DNA of 64,000 nt, taken from contig JAUFOR010000005.1 of the NCBI GenBank assembly GCA_040285745.1, forward strand, positions 558,001 through 622,000. The letters are read 5' to 3'. Positions 19,943-30,838 of the stretch are shown one piece after another. The notes below the pieces were generated by a model, which made no database searches, was not told the origin of the DNA, and worked only from the letters and a program-made list of their open reading frames with translations. Numbering within the stretch: position 1 is the stretch's first letter; every line of letters begins with the position of its first letter. This DNA comes from Barthelona sp. PCE. Its lineage: Eukaryota. The position numbers and the translations under genes were made by a program.

Positions 19943-22522
19943 ATGCCCCCGATCGATCACACCAAGACCCAGATCAAAGCTTTCACTGGTTGGATTAACA
20001 CACAACTCGGAAAGAAAGGTCAGTTTTTGAATGATATCAAGACTGATTTCGCTGATGGTAAGTTCCTCTGCCTCCTTGTCGAGGTTCTTTTACAAAAACC
20101 TTGTCCTCCACCTAACGATGTTGTTAAACGTGAAATTCATGGTGTTGAGAATTTAAATCATGCTCTTGAATGCCTTCAAGACCCTAACTTCAACCCCAAC
20201 CCCCTCAAGATCCGTATGGTTTCTGCAGAAGACTTTATTTCTGGCGAGCGTTCTATTCGTCAAATTCTTGGTTTCATCTGGACACTCATTCTTAAGATTG
20301 AGATCCAGGAGATCACAGAGGAGGAGAAATCCGCCAAGGAAGGTCTTTTATTATGGTGTAAGCGTGCTTGTGATAACTATGCTGAATGTACAGTTGAGAA
20401 CTTCCATCGCTCGTGGCAGTCTGGTTATGCCTTCAACGCACTTATCCACCACCATAAGCCTGAGCTCATTGACTACGCTGGTCTCCCCGAAGGAGAGGAG
20501 CCCGAGAAGTGTAAGGAACGTTTGATCATTGCTTTTAATGCCGCCAAAGAGCACCTCGGCATCCCAGAGTTCTTTGAAGTTGATGACATTGTTGATGTCG
20601 ATAAGCCCGATGACCGTTCTATGATGACCTATATCTCTCAGTTCTTCCACGCGTTCGCTTCCGAGCGCAAAGCCACACGCGGTCGTGGAACCGTCAAACG
20701 TTTCCTCATGGGCGCCCTTGACGCACTCAAGGCAGGCCAGGCCTACAATGACCGGTGCGGAGACCTCAAAGAATGGGTCGACGCCATTAAGTCCTATTGG
20801 ACTGAGAAGGCTGACCCCGAGTCTCTTTCCGAAGTCCAGACCGTCCTGAAGGAGTTCCGTGACTTCCGTTCAAGCGAAGAGCGTACTGAAAAGATGAAGG
20901 AGAAGCTCGCTTTGGAGGCCTACATTGTTGAGATTGCCAACTTGCGCAGAGCCGCTAACCTGCCCCCGTTCACCCCCGTGATTGAACCCGATGAGCTCAA
21001 GAAGGGATTCGTTGAGCTTGAGGAGGTTGAAACCAAGCTCGCCGTTAAGTACCGCGAGTCTTTGATCAAGTTCACAAAGCTTGACAGATTAGTCGGTCAA
21101 ATCACTCAGCAGCGCCAGCGCATCTCTGGATTCATCGACGCTCTCCGCGAGTTCATCGAGACAGATGTCGAGAACAAGATGAACAGTATTAGATCATTTA
21201 TCACAATGATTGACACCAAGGAGGCAGAAATCAAGCGCACAAACCCCGTGCTCGAGGAGGTTGGTAAGCTCGTTGAGGAGTACGAGGCTCTCGAGCCCGA
21301 GCAGTCCCAGGTTCCCAAGCAAAAGCACTTTAATCTGGTTGCCGAGCTGGAGATGCTAACTGAGAAGCTGGACAGCCGCAAAACAGAGCTTCATGAGATG
21401 ATTGCCCTGCTTGAGGAGAAGGATAAGCTCAGCCTTGAATTCTCGAACAAGCTGAACGAGACTCTCCGCTGGATCAACCATAGGCAGGACTCCATCAACG
21501 CAATCATGCCCTCTGGAGAGACATCCGTTGCCCAGCTGAAGATCCTTGAGCCCAAGCTCGATGCCGAGAGCAAGCTCCTCACCGAGGGAGAAGCCATGAT
21601 GAAGGAGCTGGAAGAGATGAAGGAGAGGATGACCACTCTCGAGATTGAGAAGGACGGAGCTTATGCTACCGTCTCCTACGACGTTGTTGTCGACCGCTTT
21701 ACCATCTTGAAGGCCTTCTTCGAGCAGAGAACTGATGAGTTCAACCATTCCATGCAAGGTCTGGTAAACATTGAACTTCTTTCGGATAACTTCATGAAGG
21801 AGCTCACAACATTTGATGAGTGGGCTGATGACTTCAAACAGAAGCTCGAGAAGCTCTCCAGCAAGGTATTCAACGAACCTGAGTCTGTGCTGGAGAAGTT
21901 GTCAGAGTTGAACGTCGAGAAGGAGGCCAAGGCCGAAAACCTCGAACACCTCGTCAACACATATCGTAAGCTCAGCGACCAAGGTGTCGATTTGAGTGAC
22001 AAGACGGCCTCCACCGATGATTCAATCGCAATGATCTTTGAAACAGTTTCTTCCATCATTGAGCACGATATCAGGTCGTGTGAGAACGCTATCAAGATCA
22101 AGGAGTCGTCCAATCTTTCAGAAGATCAGCTCAAGGAGCTCACCGATAACTTCCACCATTTCGACGCTGATAACTCCGGTTCCTTACTTCCTCATGAGCT
22201 CAAGGCGTGTCTCAGCGCAATGGGTGAGGAGATTTCTGATGAAGAGGTTGAAAAATTAGTTGCTGATGTTGAAAAAGGTATGCCCGTAGATTCCTTCATT
22301 ACCCTTATGACAGAGCGTCAAAAGGTGAAGGACTCTCCCGAAGACGTCCTGGAGGCCTTTGGTCTCGTCGCAAACGGCACAGATTTCGTAACCAAGCAGC
22401 AGCTTGTCGCAGCCATGGGTGAAGAGATGTTTGAAGAAATGTTACCCTTCCTCCCTCCTTATGAAGGTGTAGAAGATGCCTACGACTTCAACGCATTCGC
22501 AAAAACTATGTTCCAAGTGTAA
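19943..22522 (+). CDS. ACTN: Alpha-actinin-like actin cross-linker
   Basis: Tandem CH domains (QIKAFTGWIN, ILGFIWTLIL, SAKEGLLLWC, KPDDRSMMTY), helical rod, EF-hands (FHHFDADNSGSL). Confidence 0.9.
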   Translation: MPPIDHTKTQIKAFTGWINTQLGKKGQFLNDIKTDFADGKFLCLLVEVLLQKPCPPPNDVVKREIHGVENLNHALECLQDPNFNPNPLKIRMVSAEDFISGERSIRQILGFIWTLILKIEIQEITEEEKSAKEGLLLWCKRACDNYAECTVENFHRSWQSGYAFNALIHHHKPELIDYAGLPEGEEPEKCKERLIIAFNAAKEHLGIPEFFEVDDIVDVDKPDDRSMMTYISQFFHAFASERKATRGRGTVKRFLMGALDALKAGQAYNDRCGDLKEWVDAIKSYWTEKADPESLSEVQTVLKEFRDFRSSEERTEKMKEKLALEAYIVEIANLRRAANLPPFTPVIEPDELKKGFVELEEVETKLAVKYRESLIKFTKLDRLVGQITQQRQRISGFIDALREFIETDVENKMNSIRSFITMIDTKEAEIKRTNPVLEEVGKLVEEYEALEPEQSQVPKQKHFNLVAELEMLTEKLDSRKTELHEMIALLEEKDKLSLEFSNKLNETLRWINHRQDSINAIMPSGETSVAQLKILEPKLDAESKLLTEGEAMMKELEEMKERMTTLEIEKDGAYATVSYDVVVDRFTILKAFFEQRTDEFNHSMQGLVNIELLSDNFMKELTTFDEWADDFKQKLEKLSSKVFNEPESVLEKLSELNVEKEAKAENLEHLVNTYRKLSDQGVDLSDKTASTDDSIAMIFETVSSIIEHDIRSCENAIKIKESSNLSEDQLKELTDNFHHFDADNSGSLLPHELKACLSAMGEEISDEEVEKLVADVEKGMPVDSFITLMTERQKVKDSPEDVLEAFGLVANGTDFVTKQQLVAAMGEEMFEEMLPFLPPYEGVEDAYDFNAFAKTMFQV

Positions 22523-22557
22523 AATTGTTTGTTTTTATTAATTAATGCAATGCATAA

Positions 22558-23328
22558 TTAAAGATCAGCCTCCTTTGCAAGGGCATCAATATCCAACTCA
22601 ACCTCGTCATCGCTCTCGTACACATCCTCTTCCTTGGGGAGAGAATGATAAAAAGGTAAGTCAATTGATGTAGCTGTCTTGACGCCCAACGTTTGGACCA
22701 TGCCAAAATTGTGGGGCAAAAACCTCTCCAGACCGTGGATAGCGGCCCTCAGGTTCTCGAGGAGAGCCTCCTCACCCATGTCAACGTCACCGATGGGGAA
22801 AGAAAGGGTTGTACCTGAAGGGATAAACATGAAAGTAGAATTCATAGCATCATGAACGCATTTCTCGATATCTCCAGTGAATCTGACAATACCACCACGC
22901 TTCTGCTTGAAGATCTTGCCCATGGCAGATGCATAGTTAGGGTATACAACCTTATCAACAAGAATATAATCATATGAACTAGCAAAATTTCTCTTCTGTT
23001 CGAAACTTACACTACGATCCTTGAAATATGTGAATGTGTTAAATGTGACGTTGGGGATAACAATTTCCTCAACTTGCTTCTCGAGACTATCACTGACAAT
23101 GACTAAAACTGTGTTCTCGGGTGTGATGAATTTGTGCGCAAGCTGGATGCGCTTAGGTGCAAGCCTCTTCTTGCACATGTGCTTCAAAGCCACTCGTAAG
23201 CTAATCATAGCAGCATTGTCGAACAAATCTAGGGTATCCCTCTCTTCCGCCTTCTTACGGAGATGCTGTTCACGTTTGATGAGTGATTGTAACGCTCTCT
23301 TGCCCAGTTCAAAATCAACAGACGCCAT
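22558..23328 (-). CDS. RSL1D1: Ribosomal L1 domain-containing protein (RSL1D1/Cic1-like)
   Basis: FEQKRNFASSYDYILVD, MGKIF, IGDVDMGEEALLENL, VKTATSIDLPFY; likely start MASVDF at 23328. Confidence 0.8.
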   Translation of the reverse strand: MASVDFELGKRALQSLIKREQHLRKKAEERDTLDLFDNAAMISLRVALKHMCKKRLAPKRIQLAHKFITPENTVLVIVSDSLEKQVEEIVIPNVTFNTFTYFKDRSVSFEQKRNFASSYDYILVDKVVYPNYASAMGKIFKQKRGGIVRFTGDIEKCVHDAMNSTFMFIPSGTTLSFPIGDVDMGEEALLENLRAAIHGLERFLPHNFGMVQTLGVKTATSIDLPFYHSLPKEEDVYESDDEVELDIDALAKEADL

Positions 23329-23488
23329 TTGAGATGTGAAAAGGATGTATGCTTTGAAGTAGGGTGTATAGTGCTGATTCTGTTTCAACATCACTGGTAC
23401 CCGCATGCTGACCATTTTGGGAGACCATGGTGTGCAGAGAGTATCCCAAAAGCCACATTATTATATATAAACCTTATCACACGTTTGA

Positions 23489-24073
23489 ATGGATTTTGAC
23501 GAATTTGATCACTACGACTACGAGAACAACGAGCAGGAAGTCGAAGAAGACTGGGAAGATGAAGATTGGGAAGAAGAAGAAGAGGCATTAACTCTTGAGG
23601 AGGAACAAAGAAAGGCTGAAGAAGAAGCTGCTGTTGCCAAGAGAGAGGCTGAGGAGCAAAACAACTACGAACAGACGAAAGAATTATTTGGTTCTAGCGG
23701 TGTTTCAGCCGGTTCAGTTAATGATATTAACACATACCAACCACAAACTGCTGCTGACTTTGACGCTTTTGCAGACGCCATTGGTGAGCGAATTAAGATC
23801 TACGGTAGAGATCCTCGTGCTTATATCAGCTTTTTGCAAAAACTTATGGAAACCGCTCTTGAACCACTCAGTGGTGAGCATACAAAGATTTTCTCCACAA
23901 AAATCACAACAATCGTCAACACAAAACTCTCTGCTGAGAAGAACAAGCGTAAGAAGAAGAAGAAGAAGAAGAGCAAGCGTAAGTTCGTCAATACCGCTAG
24001 TGCTGATCCTTTCAGTGGAGCTGGTGGTGAGAGCGGTACCGCAGACTTCTACGACGATGTCGATTTTATGTAA
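23489..24073 (+). CDS. EIF3J: Translation initiation factor eIF3 subunit J
   Basis: Acidic DWEDEDWEE N-terminus, TKELFG, PQTAADFDAF, Lys-rich stretch, terminal DDVDFM. Confidence 0.85.
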   Translation: MDFDEFDHYDYENNEQEVEEDWEDEDWEEEEEALTLEEEQRKAEEEAAVAKREAEEQNNYEQTKELFGSSGVSAGSVNDINTYQPQTAADFDAFADAIGERIKIYGRDPRAYISFLQKLMETALEPLSGEHTKIFSTKITTIVNTKLSAEKNKRKKKKKKKSKRKFVNTASADPFSGAGGESGTADFYDDVDFM

Positions 24074-24131
24074 TTGTTAATAAGCAAGTAAACGCAGGTG
24101 TTATACCTTTTTATCTTTTTTATACTTCACA

Positions 24132-27125
24132 ATGCTTCAATTTAAGCATAGTGAAATCGTCAAGGACGATGGAGCACTCCGTATTAATGATGAAATTCTT
24201 TCAAAAGCATTTGCATTCGCTGAAGAATCCAAATTCTATGTTGAGGGCGACTTTACGGGCTCAAAATCACAAAGATTAACCGGGCCGATCCGTATCAGAT
24301 CGAATTGCGAGATGTACGAGCCTCTTGGTGGTCAGTATAAGATTCTTAACGAAAAGGACGGTATCTTCCTTTGCGTACATTGGAAGGAGGATTACACCAT
24401 TGTTTTCACGGTTGACTCCGAGGCCAAGAAGCAGGAGTTCATTGTATCGTTCAAGAAATATTTTCATTTCGTTGATGGTGATATCCACATGGCTGGAAAC
24501 AATATTCTATTTTCTGCATCGATTCACACATCACCAGAGTCTATTAGCCAGCTTAACGATGCCCTGAAGCAACATCTCGAGGGCTACGTGCTGACAAGCG
24601 GTGTTAAAAATTTTTTATTCTCAATCGATCGAAAAAACAAAGAAATCGGCTACCAGGACCTGTTTGTCACCGAAAAGAACCTCAGTGGGTTCTCAGACGC
24701 AGCGCCCAGCGCCTTTTCCTGCTTCAGATCCAACAAGGCATTTTTGCATCTGACGTGCTGTAATCCAGTGGTTGGACTGCGGTTGTTCGAGATTGTCCTA
24801 TCGCAGAACGGCATGGCTGCCCTCGCATTGGTAGAAACGGTTCCCCCACCAGCAGAGATTTTGTGGATGCAGCTCACGCCCAGTAATTTTGCTTGCTATG
24901 ATGAAGAAGGATGGCTGCATCTCTTCTCAATCACACGGGCTGGCGTCGCGTGCGAGCTTTCCGTGGACGCAGCCGTTGAGTTATGTGAGGAACCAGTGCA
25001 AATGAATAAGAACACTCACTCCAACTGTCTGGTTCTGGTTGAAGGTATTCACCGTGGCGCAAATGTACTCGTGAACCAGGTGCATCAACCAATGTCGGCG
25101 TCCTCCAACATGTGCAAAGTAACTGTGATGTCACTGGCTAACAATGTCACGCTGAGTATGCTTCTGGACAATACGTTCGAGAATGGACTGTGCACACATG
25201 CACTGATGGACGGGCTCCTGTTTGTATTCAACGGAAACGGTTATGCTTTTTTTGATGTTGGCGACAACCACAAGCCATACGGTTCGCTTTTCATCGAAAG
25301 GGATGTCTCCTTCCTGGAGGGATACACCACATCAAGCGGAAATGCGCTGATCAACCTAAGTTCAGGTCGTCGTTGCACGCTCGCTTTAGATATCGTTGCT
25401 ATAAAGCAGACGCTTGAGTTAAGCATCAAAAGCGCCAATTCTCTGCTCGCATACATGTTTACTCATCTTTACATGCACCATGTGAGCCATGACGTACCTA
25501 CAAAGCAAAAAATTACCGAGATTTATGATTTGTGTAGAGATGTGGATACCTCGATGCTCAGCATGGGTATATTCAGGGAGCTTATGTACACGATGATATT
25601 CTCTGTCTTCCAGGAGGAGGAATACTTCCAAACGACCGTAACCAATGAACTGAGACACATTTTCCCATGTAATGCCATAGACGAAGTTTTTTACTCAAAC
25701 AGCATCCATAATTCATCAAATATAAGCCTCAAACTTGGTCTATTTCTCGAATTCGAGGAAATGATAAACGGCTTCACAAAAGTCCATGTCGACGTCCGAT
25801 CAATGACGACCGAACATGACGGAGAGGAATCTTCTATTGGTATGGAATTGTTAAGCCCGGGTAGCCAGAAACTACATGCGTTTAAGTCTCCTACTTTTTC
25901 TCGAAAGAAAAAAAAAATTGAGAAAAAAATTCCGTTCTTTGGTTACAATCTGCCACAGAACCCTGAAGGGAAATGCAACTTTGTCGACTACAGGATGAGC
26001 GCTGTTCAGACAAAGGATATCCAGGCTCTAAATGTGGAAGAAAACGTGGGAATATTCGGGAAGTTTAGGAATTTCTTCTCTCGCTCTGCCTCTTTAGAAG
26101 ACAAGTTCCTCTTCAACCAGACAGTCATTCGCAACCCCAGGGTCATCCAAAACACAAAACGCATAGATATAGTCATTGATGCGATCAAAAAAGCAAACGA
26201 AACAATGAGGAATCCTGTTCTCAGCGAAATAACCTCTGACGAGTATCTGATCATTGGCAACGGGTTCCAGTTCAGCATCACCAAGGCCCTGAAGTTCTTT
26301 ATTTCCCTGGAGGAGGAGGATGTGTTTTTATTAGAGAATCTTTTTGTTTTTATTAATGAAATTGGATTCATGTCTTCTTTCAAGCGTGACATCCAATTCC
26401 TGGGCACATACATCGATAGTGCACTCAACACACTTTCTCCCAAGGCACTGTTCGACAACATCCACTTAGGACTTTTCCCTACGTTCCCCAAATGGATCTT
26501 AGACCTATGGTGCGCCCCGAACGAGCTGATGAAGAGCACCGTACATGGAGGGTCGGTTCGCTCTATCCTGATGAAGTCTATGGGAAGCGAAGCAGCGTCA
26601 ACACCATTAGCATATTCTGGTTGCCCCTTGGCGGACGACATTGGTTTCTTTGGGTATAACATCTCCGGCATTGACCATTTAACAAAGACAATCATTGCTA
26701 CTGATGACTCGATGCAATCCTTATTGGAGTATTTCAATTCTTATGCCAAAGAAAAGATATTTGGTAGACACGTTGAAGTTAGTGAAAATATTTATCTATG
26801 TCGCGTTTTACTTGCAAAGCTCGTCCACAGTGCGTACGAGCGACTTCCGTTATTGCCTGCAAACAACGAATCTCGTCATTCTGAAAAACTAGAACAGACA
26901 CGTGTTTTTGAAATCTTTGATGCAGCCTTAAAGAGCAATAACCTAAGCGTCCGTTCCGACACAGCAATGAACAATTTTAGTGCTTTTGTGGTTGGAAAGA
27001 AGAGAAAAATTTATCCCGATTCGGACACTAACATTAAGCCAATCAGCATTGCTGGTGAGCTGTCGACCTACTTCTTCAAGCGATGGAAACTTAACGTCGA
27101 AAGTGATTTCCATGTAGTTATGTAA
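24132..27125 (+). CDS. Uncharacterised 997-aa protein (possibly GSAP/pigeon-like beta-propeller + helical)
   Basis: Long intact ORF; beta-rich N-half and helical C-half; the family resemblance is weak. Confidence 0.55.
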   Translation: MLQFKHSEIVKDDGALRINDEILSKAFAFAEESKFYVEGDFTGSKSQRLTGPIRIRSNCEMYEPLGGQYKILNEKDGIFLCVHWKEDYTIVFTVDSEAKKQEFIVSFKKYFHFVDGDIHMAGNNILFSASIHTSPESISQLNDALKQHLEGYVLTSGVKNFLFSIDRKNKEIGYQDLFVTEKNLSGFSDAAPSAFSCFRSNKAFLHLTCCNPVVGLRLFEIVLSQNGMAALALVETVPPPAEILWMQLTPSNFACYDEEGWLHLFSITRAGVACELSVDAAVELCEEPVQMNKNTHSNCLVLVEGIHRGANVLVNQVHQPMSASSNMCKVTVMSLANNVTLSMLLDNTFENGLCTHALMDGLLFVFNGNGYAFFDVGDNHKPYGSLFIERDVSFLEGYTTSSGNALINLSSGRRCTLALDIVAIKQTLELSIKSANSLLAYMFTHLYMHHVSHDVPTKQKITEIYDLCRDVDTSMLSMGIFRELMYTMIFSVFQEEEYFQTTVTNELRHIFPCNAIDEVFYSNSIHNSSNISLKLGLFLEFEEMINGFTKVHVDVRSMTTEHDGEESSIGMELLSPGSQKLHAFKSPTFSRKKKKIEKKIPFFGYNLPQNPEGKCNFVDYRMSAVQTKDIQALNVEENVGIFGKFRNFFSRSASLEDKFLFNQTVIRNPRVIQNTKRIDIVIDAIKKANETMRNPVLSEITSDEYLIIGNGFQFSITKALKFFISLEEEDVFLLENLFVFINEIGFMSSFKRDIQFLGTYIDSALNTLSPKALFDNIHLGLFPTFPKWILDLWCAPNELMKSTVHGGSVRSILMKSMGSEAASTPLAYSGCPLADDIGFFGYNISGIDHLTKTIIATDDSMQSLLEYFNSYAKEKIFGRHVEVSENIYLCRVLLAKLVHSAYERLPLLPANNESRHSEKLEQTRVFEIFDAALKSNNLSVRSDTAMNNFSAFVVGKKRKIYPDSDTNIKPISIAGELSTYFFKRWKLNVESDFHVVM

Positions 27126-27167
27126 GTAAAGAATTTTTTAGGAAAAATCTTTTAATGAAGAATTAAG

Positions 27168-27935
27168 CTACTGAATGTTGTTAGGGGATGTATAAGGTAG
27201 TTCTGAGTTAACGTATAAAGGATTGAAAGCATGGAACGCCTCGCCGCTGACACTGTTCGAACGGAAACGATGATGCAATCCTTTATAAAACTTGCCTGAT
27301 GCGAAAACCTCGTCCTGAATGTTGGGGATGTAAAGATGGATGGATGGAGATCTATACTTCAAAATCCATGAAGCGTTTTGACGATCATTACGATTAGCGC
27401 GCTCTTCAGCAGCTTCGTAGCTCAATCCAAACGCCTGCATGTGCCTGTAGATAACACGTGCCATTGCGTCATCGATCCCAACGTCCATAAACCAGCGTAC
27501 ATCAAAAAGATTCGATAACCGGTTCCAAGGCTCAACATTCATCAACAGGTAGTTCCCCTCAATGAGAACTACAAGCTGGTTAGGTGTGATGACAATAGAG
27601 TTCGGGACGGGGTCGCCGACATGATGATCGAAAGAGGGGAAGGACCCAAACTGGTTCTGGCGCAGACTCGTCAAATCCTTCTCAAGCGCGTCGTAATCAA
27701 AAGTGTGGGGTGCCCCACGAACTGCCATCTCCTCGGGGGAGAGATACTGCTGCGGAATATGATATCCATCCATTGAAACAATGCCAACAGTTTGGTCTCC
27801 CATTTCCTGTTTGATCTGACGACAGATCGTGCTCTTTCCCGAACCTGGGATACCCGCGATAGCCACGAGGGTTTGCCTTTGAGGAGAGAATTGCTTCTTA
27901 ATGAGGTTTAATAAATCACTAACGATGCGGTTCAT
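27168..27935 (-). CDS. P-loop kinase, PRK/uridine/pantothenate kinase family (YFH7/YggC-like)
   Basis: AGIPGSGKST, MDGYH, RGAPHTFD, FDHHVGDP, EGNYLL. Confidence 0.88.
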   Translation of the reverse strand: MNRIVSDLLNLIKKQFSPQRQTLVAIAGIPGSGKSTICRQIKQEMGDQTVGIVSMDGYHIPQQYLSPEEMAVRGAPHTFDYDALEKDLTSLRQNQFGSFPSFDHHVGDPVPNSIVITPNQLVVLIEGNYLLMNVEPWNRLSNLFDVRWFMDVGIDDAMARVIYRHMQAFGLSYEAAEERANRNDRQNASWILKYRSPSIHLYIPNIQDEVFASGKFYKGLHHRFRSNSVSGEAFHAFNPLYVNSELPYTSPNNIQ

Positions 27936-28301
27936 TGTATGACAAAAATTTTAATGTGCGTTGGGTAGTTTTTTGGTGTACTTAAGCGCTAACTAGCTTG
28001 AAAATTGCAATAATGCCCGTAGATGTACGAAAACGATATAGCACATTTTTTCGCTATAAAAAGTATTGTGGACTGTAAAAAGGAAGTTCTGCCTCAGTTT
28101 CTTACTATCTACCCACGATGCACCCAAAATAAAGCAACTCATAACCTAAATATCTTTTACTCTTCATTATTCGTTTTTAGAAATATTTCAAAACTGACAC
28201 CCCATCAAAAAGCGACTGTAATTCATGATTCGCCAAAAAAAAGTTGCAATAATTCATAACAACGTTATTCACCTAATTCACAGGGGGCAAACAGACATTA
28301 A

Positions 28302-28865
28302 ATGTCAACCACAAACATTGTAGAACAGATCCCACGTTGTTCTGTCCGAGCTGGACCAAGAGACGGTGCTCAATGGGTCGAAAGATTGAAAGAAGAGTAC
28401 AGAGCTCTCATCTCCTATATTAAAATCAACAAAGATAACGGTAGGGACTGGTTTAAGCTGGAACCTAACAAGCAAAGGACAAAATGGACAGGATCCTGTT
28501 GGTTCTTTTACAACAATCTTCGTTATGAATTCGATTTAGAGTTTGAGATCCCTGTTGGCTATCCCACAGTATCCCCTGCACTAATGCTCCCCCAGCTTGA
28601 TGGCTGCACTGTCAAAATGTATCGTGGAGGAAAGATCTGCTTAACAGATCACTTCCATCCTCTTTGGGCACGTAATGTACCACGTTTCGGCATTGCCCAT
28701 GCTCTTGCACTCGGGCTAGCCCCCTGGCTTGCGGCAGAGATCCCATTCATGGCAGCCGCTGGAACAATTCCAAGAGAAATTGATCCGGCTTGTCCTAATG
28801 GAGCTGTTAAAGAAGAAGAGGAACTGTTGGAGAACGTGGACATCACCATTGAGGAAGAATCCTAG
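28302..28865 (+). CDS. UFC1: UFM1-conjugating enzyme (E2)
   Basis: [48 protein letters not shown]. Confidence 0.96.
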   Translation: MSTTNIVEQIPRCSVRAGPRDGAQWVERLKEEYRALISYIKINKDNGRDWFKLEPNKQRTKWTGSCWFFYNNLRYEFDLEFEIPVGYPTVSPALMLPQLDGCTVKMYRGGKICLTDHFHPLWARNVPRFGIAHALALGLAPWLAAEIPFMAAAGTIPREIDPACPNGAVKEEEELLENVDITIEEES

Positions 28866-29530
28866 ATTTGACAGTTGTCCCAATATACACACATCCATAA
28901 CCGAAATCCTGGCATCAGGACGATAGCAATAAACCTTACGAACAGAAGACATGGGATCGATCTGAAGCGCCGAAGAATACGACCCTGCCCAAGACCGAAA
29001 ATGACTTCAAAGACAAAGAACCATGGAAGAGATAAATACGGTAAAGCAGCCAAGATAATTGTAATCCACGTTGATTTTGTCAAAAAACCTGCTAAATAGC
29101 GGTTTAGCTCAACGGTAAGTGCACTAACCACAGTCGTTGCAACGTTTAAAATAAAAAATAAGTGGTTTTGAAATAAATCCACATCAAAAAAAATTTCTTC
29201 AAAAGAAGTAATCGCAGAGCCGCTTAATGCCGGGTGGACGTCCATTCCGAGTGCTTTGTGGACCATGGTAGTACAAAATATACCACCCATGAGAAAGAGG
29301 AATGCAACAATGGAATCATATGTGAAACGGAGCCCATTGTTAAATTTCCATATGCGGAGTTCCTTTTGCTTCAGCTTCGAGATGCCTCTGAGTGCGAAAA
29401 CACATTGTAAAGTTCGAATTATTATAGTATACCACATTAAATAAATCGTGTTAGTTTTTAATACGTTAAAATGTACTGCAGCCTCCATGATAGCGCATAC
29501 AACATAATATAAAGCCCAAAAAACTGTCAT
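28862..29530 (-). CDS. Uncharacterised multi-pass membrane protein
   Basis: About 6 hydrophobic segments; first ATG at 29530. Confidence 0.6.
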   Translation of the reverse strand: MTVFWALYYVVCAIMEAAVHFNVLKTNTIYLMWYTIIIRTLQCVFALRGISKLKQKELRIWKFNNGLRFTYDSIVAFLFLMGGIFCTTMVHKALGMDVHPALSGSAITSFEEIFFDVDLFQNHLFFILNVATTVVSALTVELNRYLAGFLTKSTWITIILAALPYLSLPWFFVFEVIFGLGQGRILRRFRSIPCLLFVRFIAIVLMPGFRLWMCVYWDNCQI

Positions 29531-29697
29531 TGTATTACTGATCAAGTTCTATAAGGTGTAGTAAATGAAATCAAGAAAACAGGCTCATACAACACCTTAA
29601 TCTCTTTATTTAAGAGCTAAACTGTAAATAAAAATATGTTACGTGACATTTACTATTGAATTACTGCGAAAATACTTACAAAAAATGAGAAAAATTA

Positions 29698-30042
29698 TTA
29701 AAAACCTCTATCCCTTAAGAGAGCCGAGATTTGTGGTGATGTCATATCCTCGCCAATAGGAAGGGTTTCAATAACCTCACCATTCTTTGAAAACTCAAAA
29801 ACAGGAGCTTCATATGAATTAATGATTTTGCAAGCGAAGTTGGGCATCTCGTATCTCTTCCACAGCTTAACGCCAGGATACTTTCCAAGACGGCAGTTAC
29901 AAGTAGCAGCTCTGAAAATACATTCAGTCTCTTCAACGGCATTAGTTTCAATACCATCCACATATGATGGTGATTCCGGGTCTAATGCAAGTGTGAATGA
30001 CAGAAGTGCCAAAAGAATAAGCCCAATCTGAATTCTATTCAT
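29698..30042 (-). CDS. Sep15/SelM-family thioredoxin-like ER protein, Cys form
   Basis: Signal peptide; ATCNCRLGKYPGVK resembles the Sep15 CxUKLGRFP motif; APVFEFSKNGEVIETLPI...ISALLRDRGF. Confidence 0.65.
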   Translation of the reverse strand: MNRIQIGLILLALLSFTLALDPESPSYVDGIETNAVEETECIFRAATCNCRLGKYPGVKLWKRYEMPNFACKIINSYEAPVFEFSKNGEVIETLPIGEDMTSPQISALLRDRGF

Positions 30043-30838
30043 CAAAAAATGATAGTGTGATTAAATGCAATAACGAGCTCCACATAATATTCGTTCTCTT
30101 CCGAAGTAAGACTGTTGATATTAATTCATTTTCTGCTGATTTGATGGTACTAGAGTTAATGTATAATAAAATAGAAAAAGCTCACTTTACTAACTTTACA
30201 ATTGTTATTATTGAATCGTGTTTATTACTTTCCTGAAAACTTTTGTTCCATAAAATTAGGTGATATGGATATAAATGAAAGATAAAAATAAAAATGGTTT
30301 TGTAAACAACCTATTGTCTTGTACCCTGTAAAATTTATGATAGTCATGTTTAATACACAATATATAACATCATTTATTGTTTTAAATAGCAAAATAAGTA
30401 TCATACAGCAAATTCTATTTTTTCTTAACGTACACACATTTTATGTGGATTAAATATTAGTACAACGTTGTGATAATCAAATATTAAAAAACAATCAAAT
30501 ATTTTTATGTTCCTCACTATACTTTAGGTGTAGTTAAGATAGCAGTAAGAAAAAAATGATTAATATTCAGATTCGATTTTAGAAACAAAAGAACATGATA
30601 TTTGAGTAAAAAATTACAGTAAAATCCACAATTTTAGATTTTAAATGTAAAATTTGTATTAAATGTAGATATTTTTTTTTCTCTTGATAATAATGGATTT
30701 ACATTGATTCATAATCAGTAAGTAGCTGCTTTTTTATATCTGCAGGTGCTTTTCTCAAGAATAAAAGCGTTTACGGACGGAGTTTATTTTTTGAGGAATC
30801 TACTAAAAATTCGGAAAACAAAATATGCACAATAAGGT

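Noticed and set aside
29549-29679. Two possible 5' UTR introns upstream of the 29530 membrane gene (GTAAGT, GTATGA donors)
   Set aside because: Acceptors do not fit the TAAY-N4-AG rule seen in all six supported introns, and no upstream reading frame is gained
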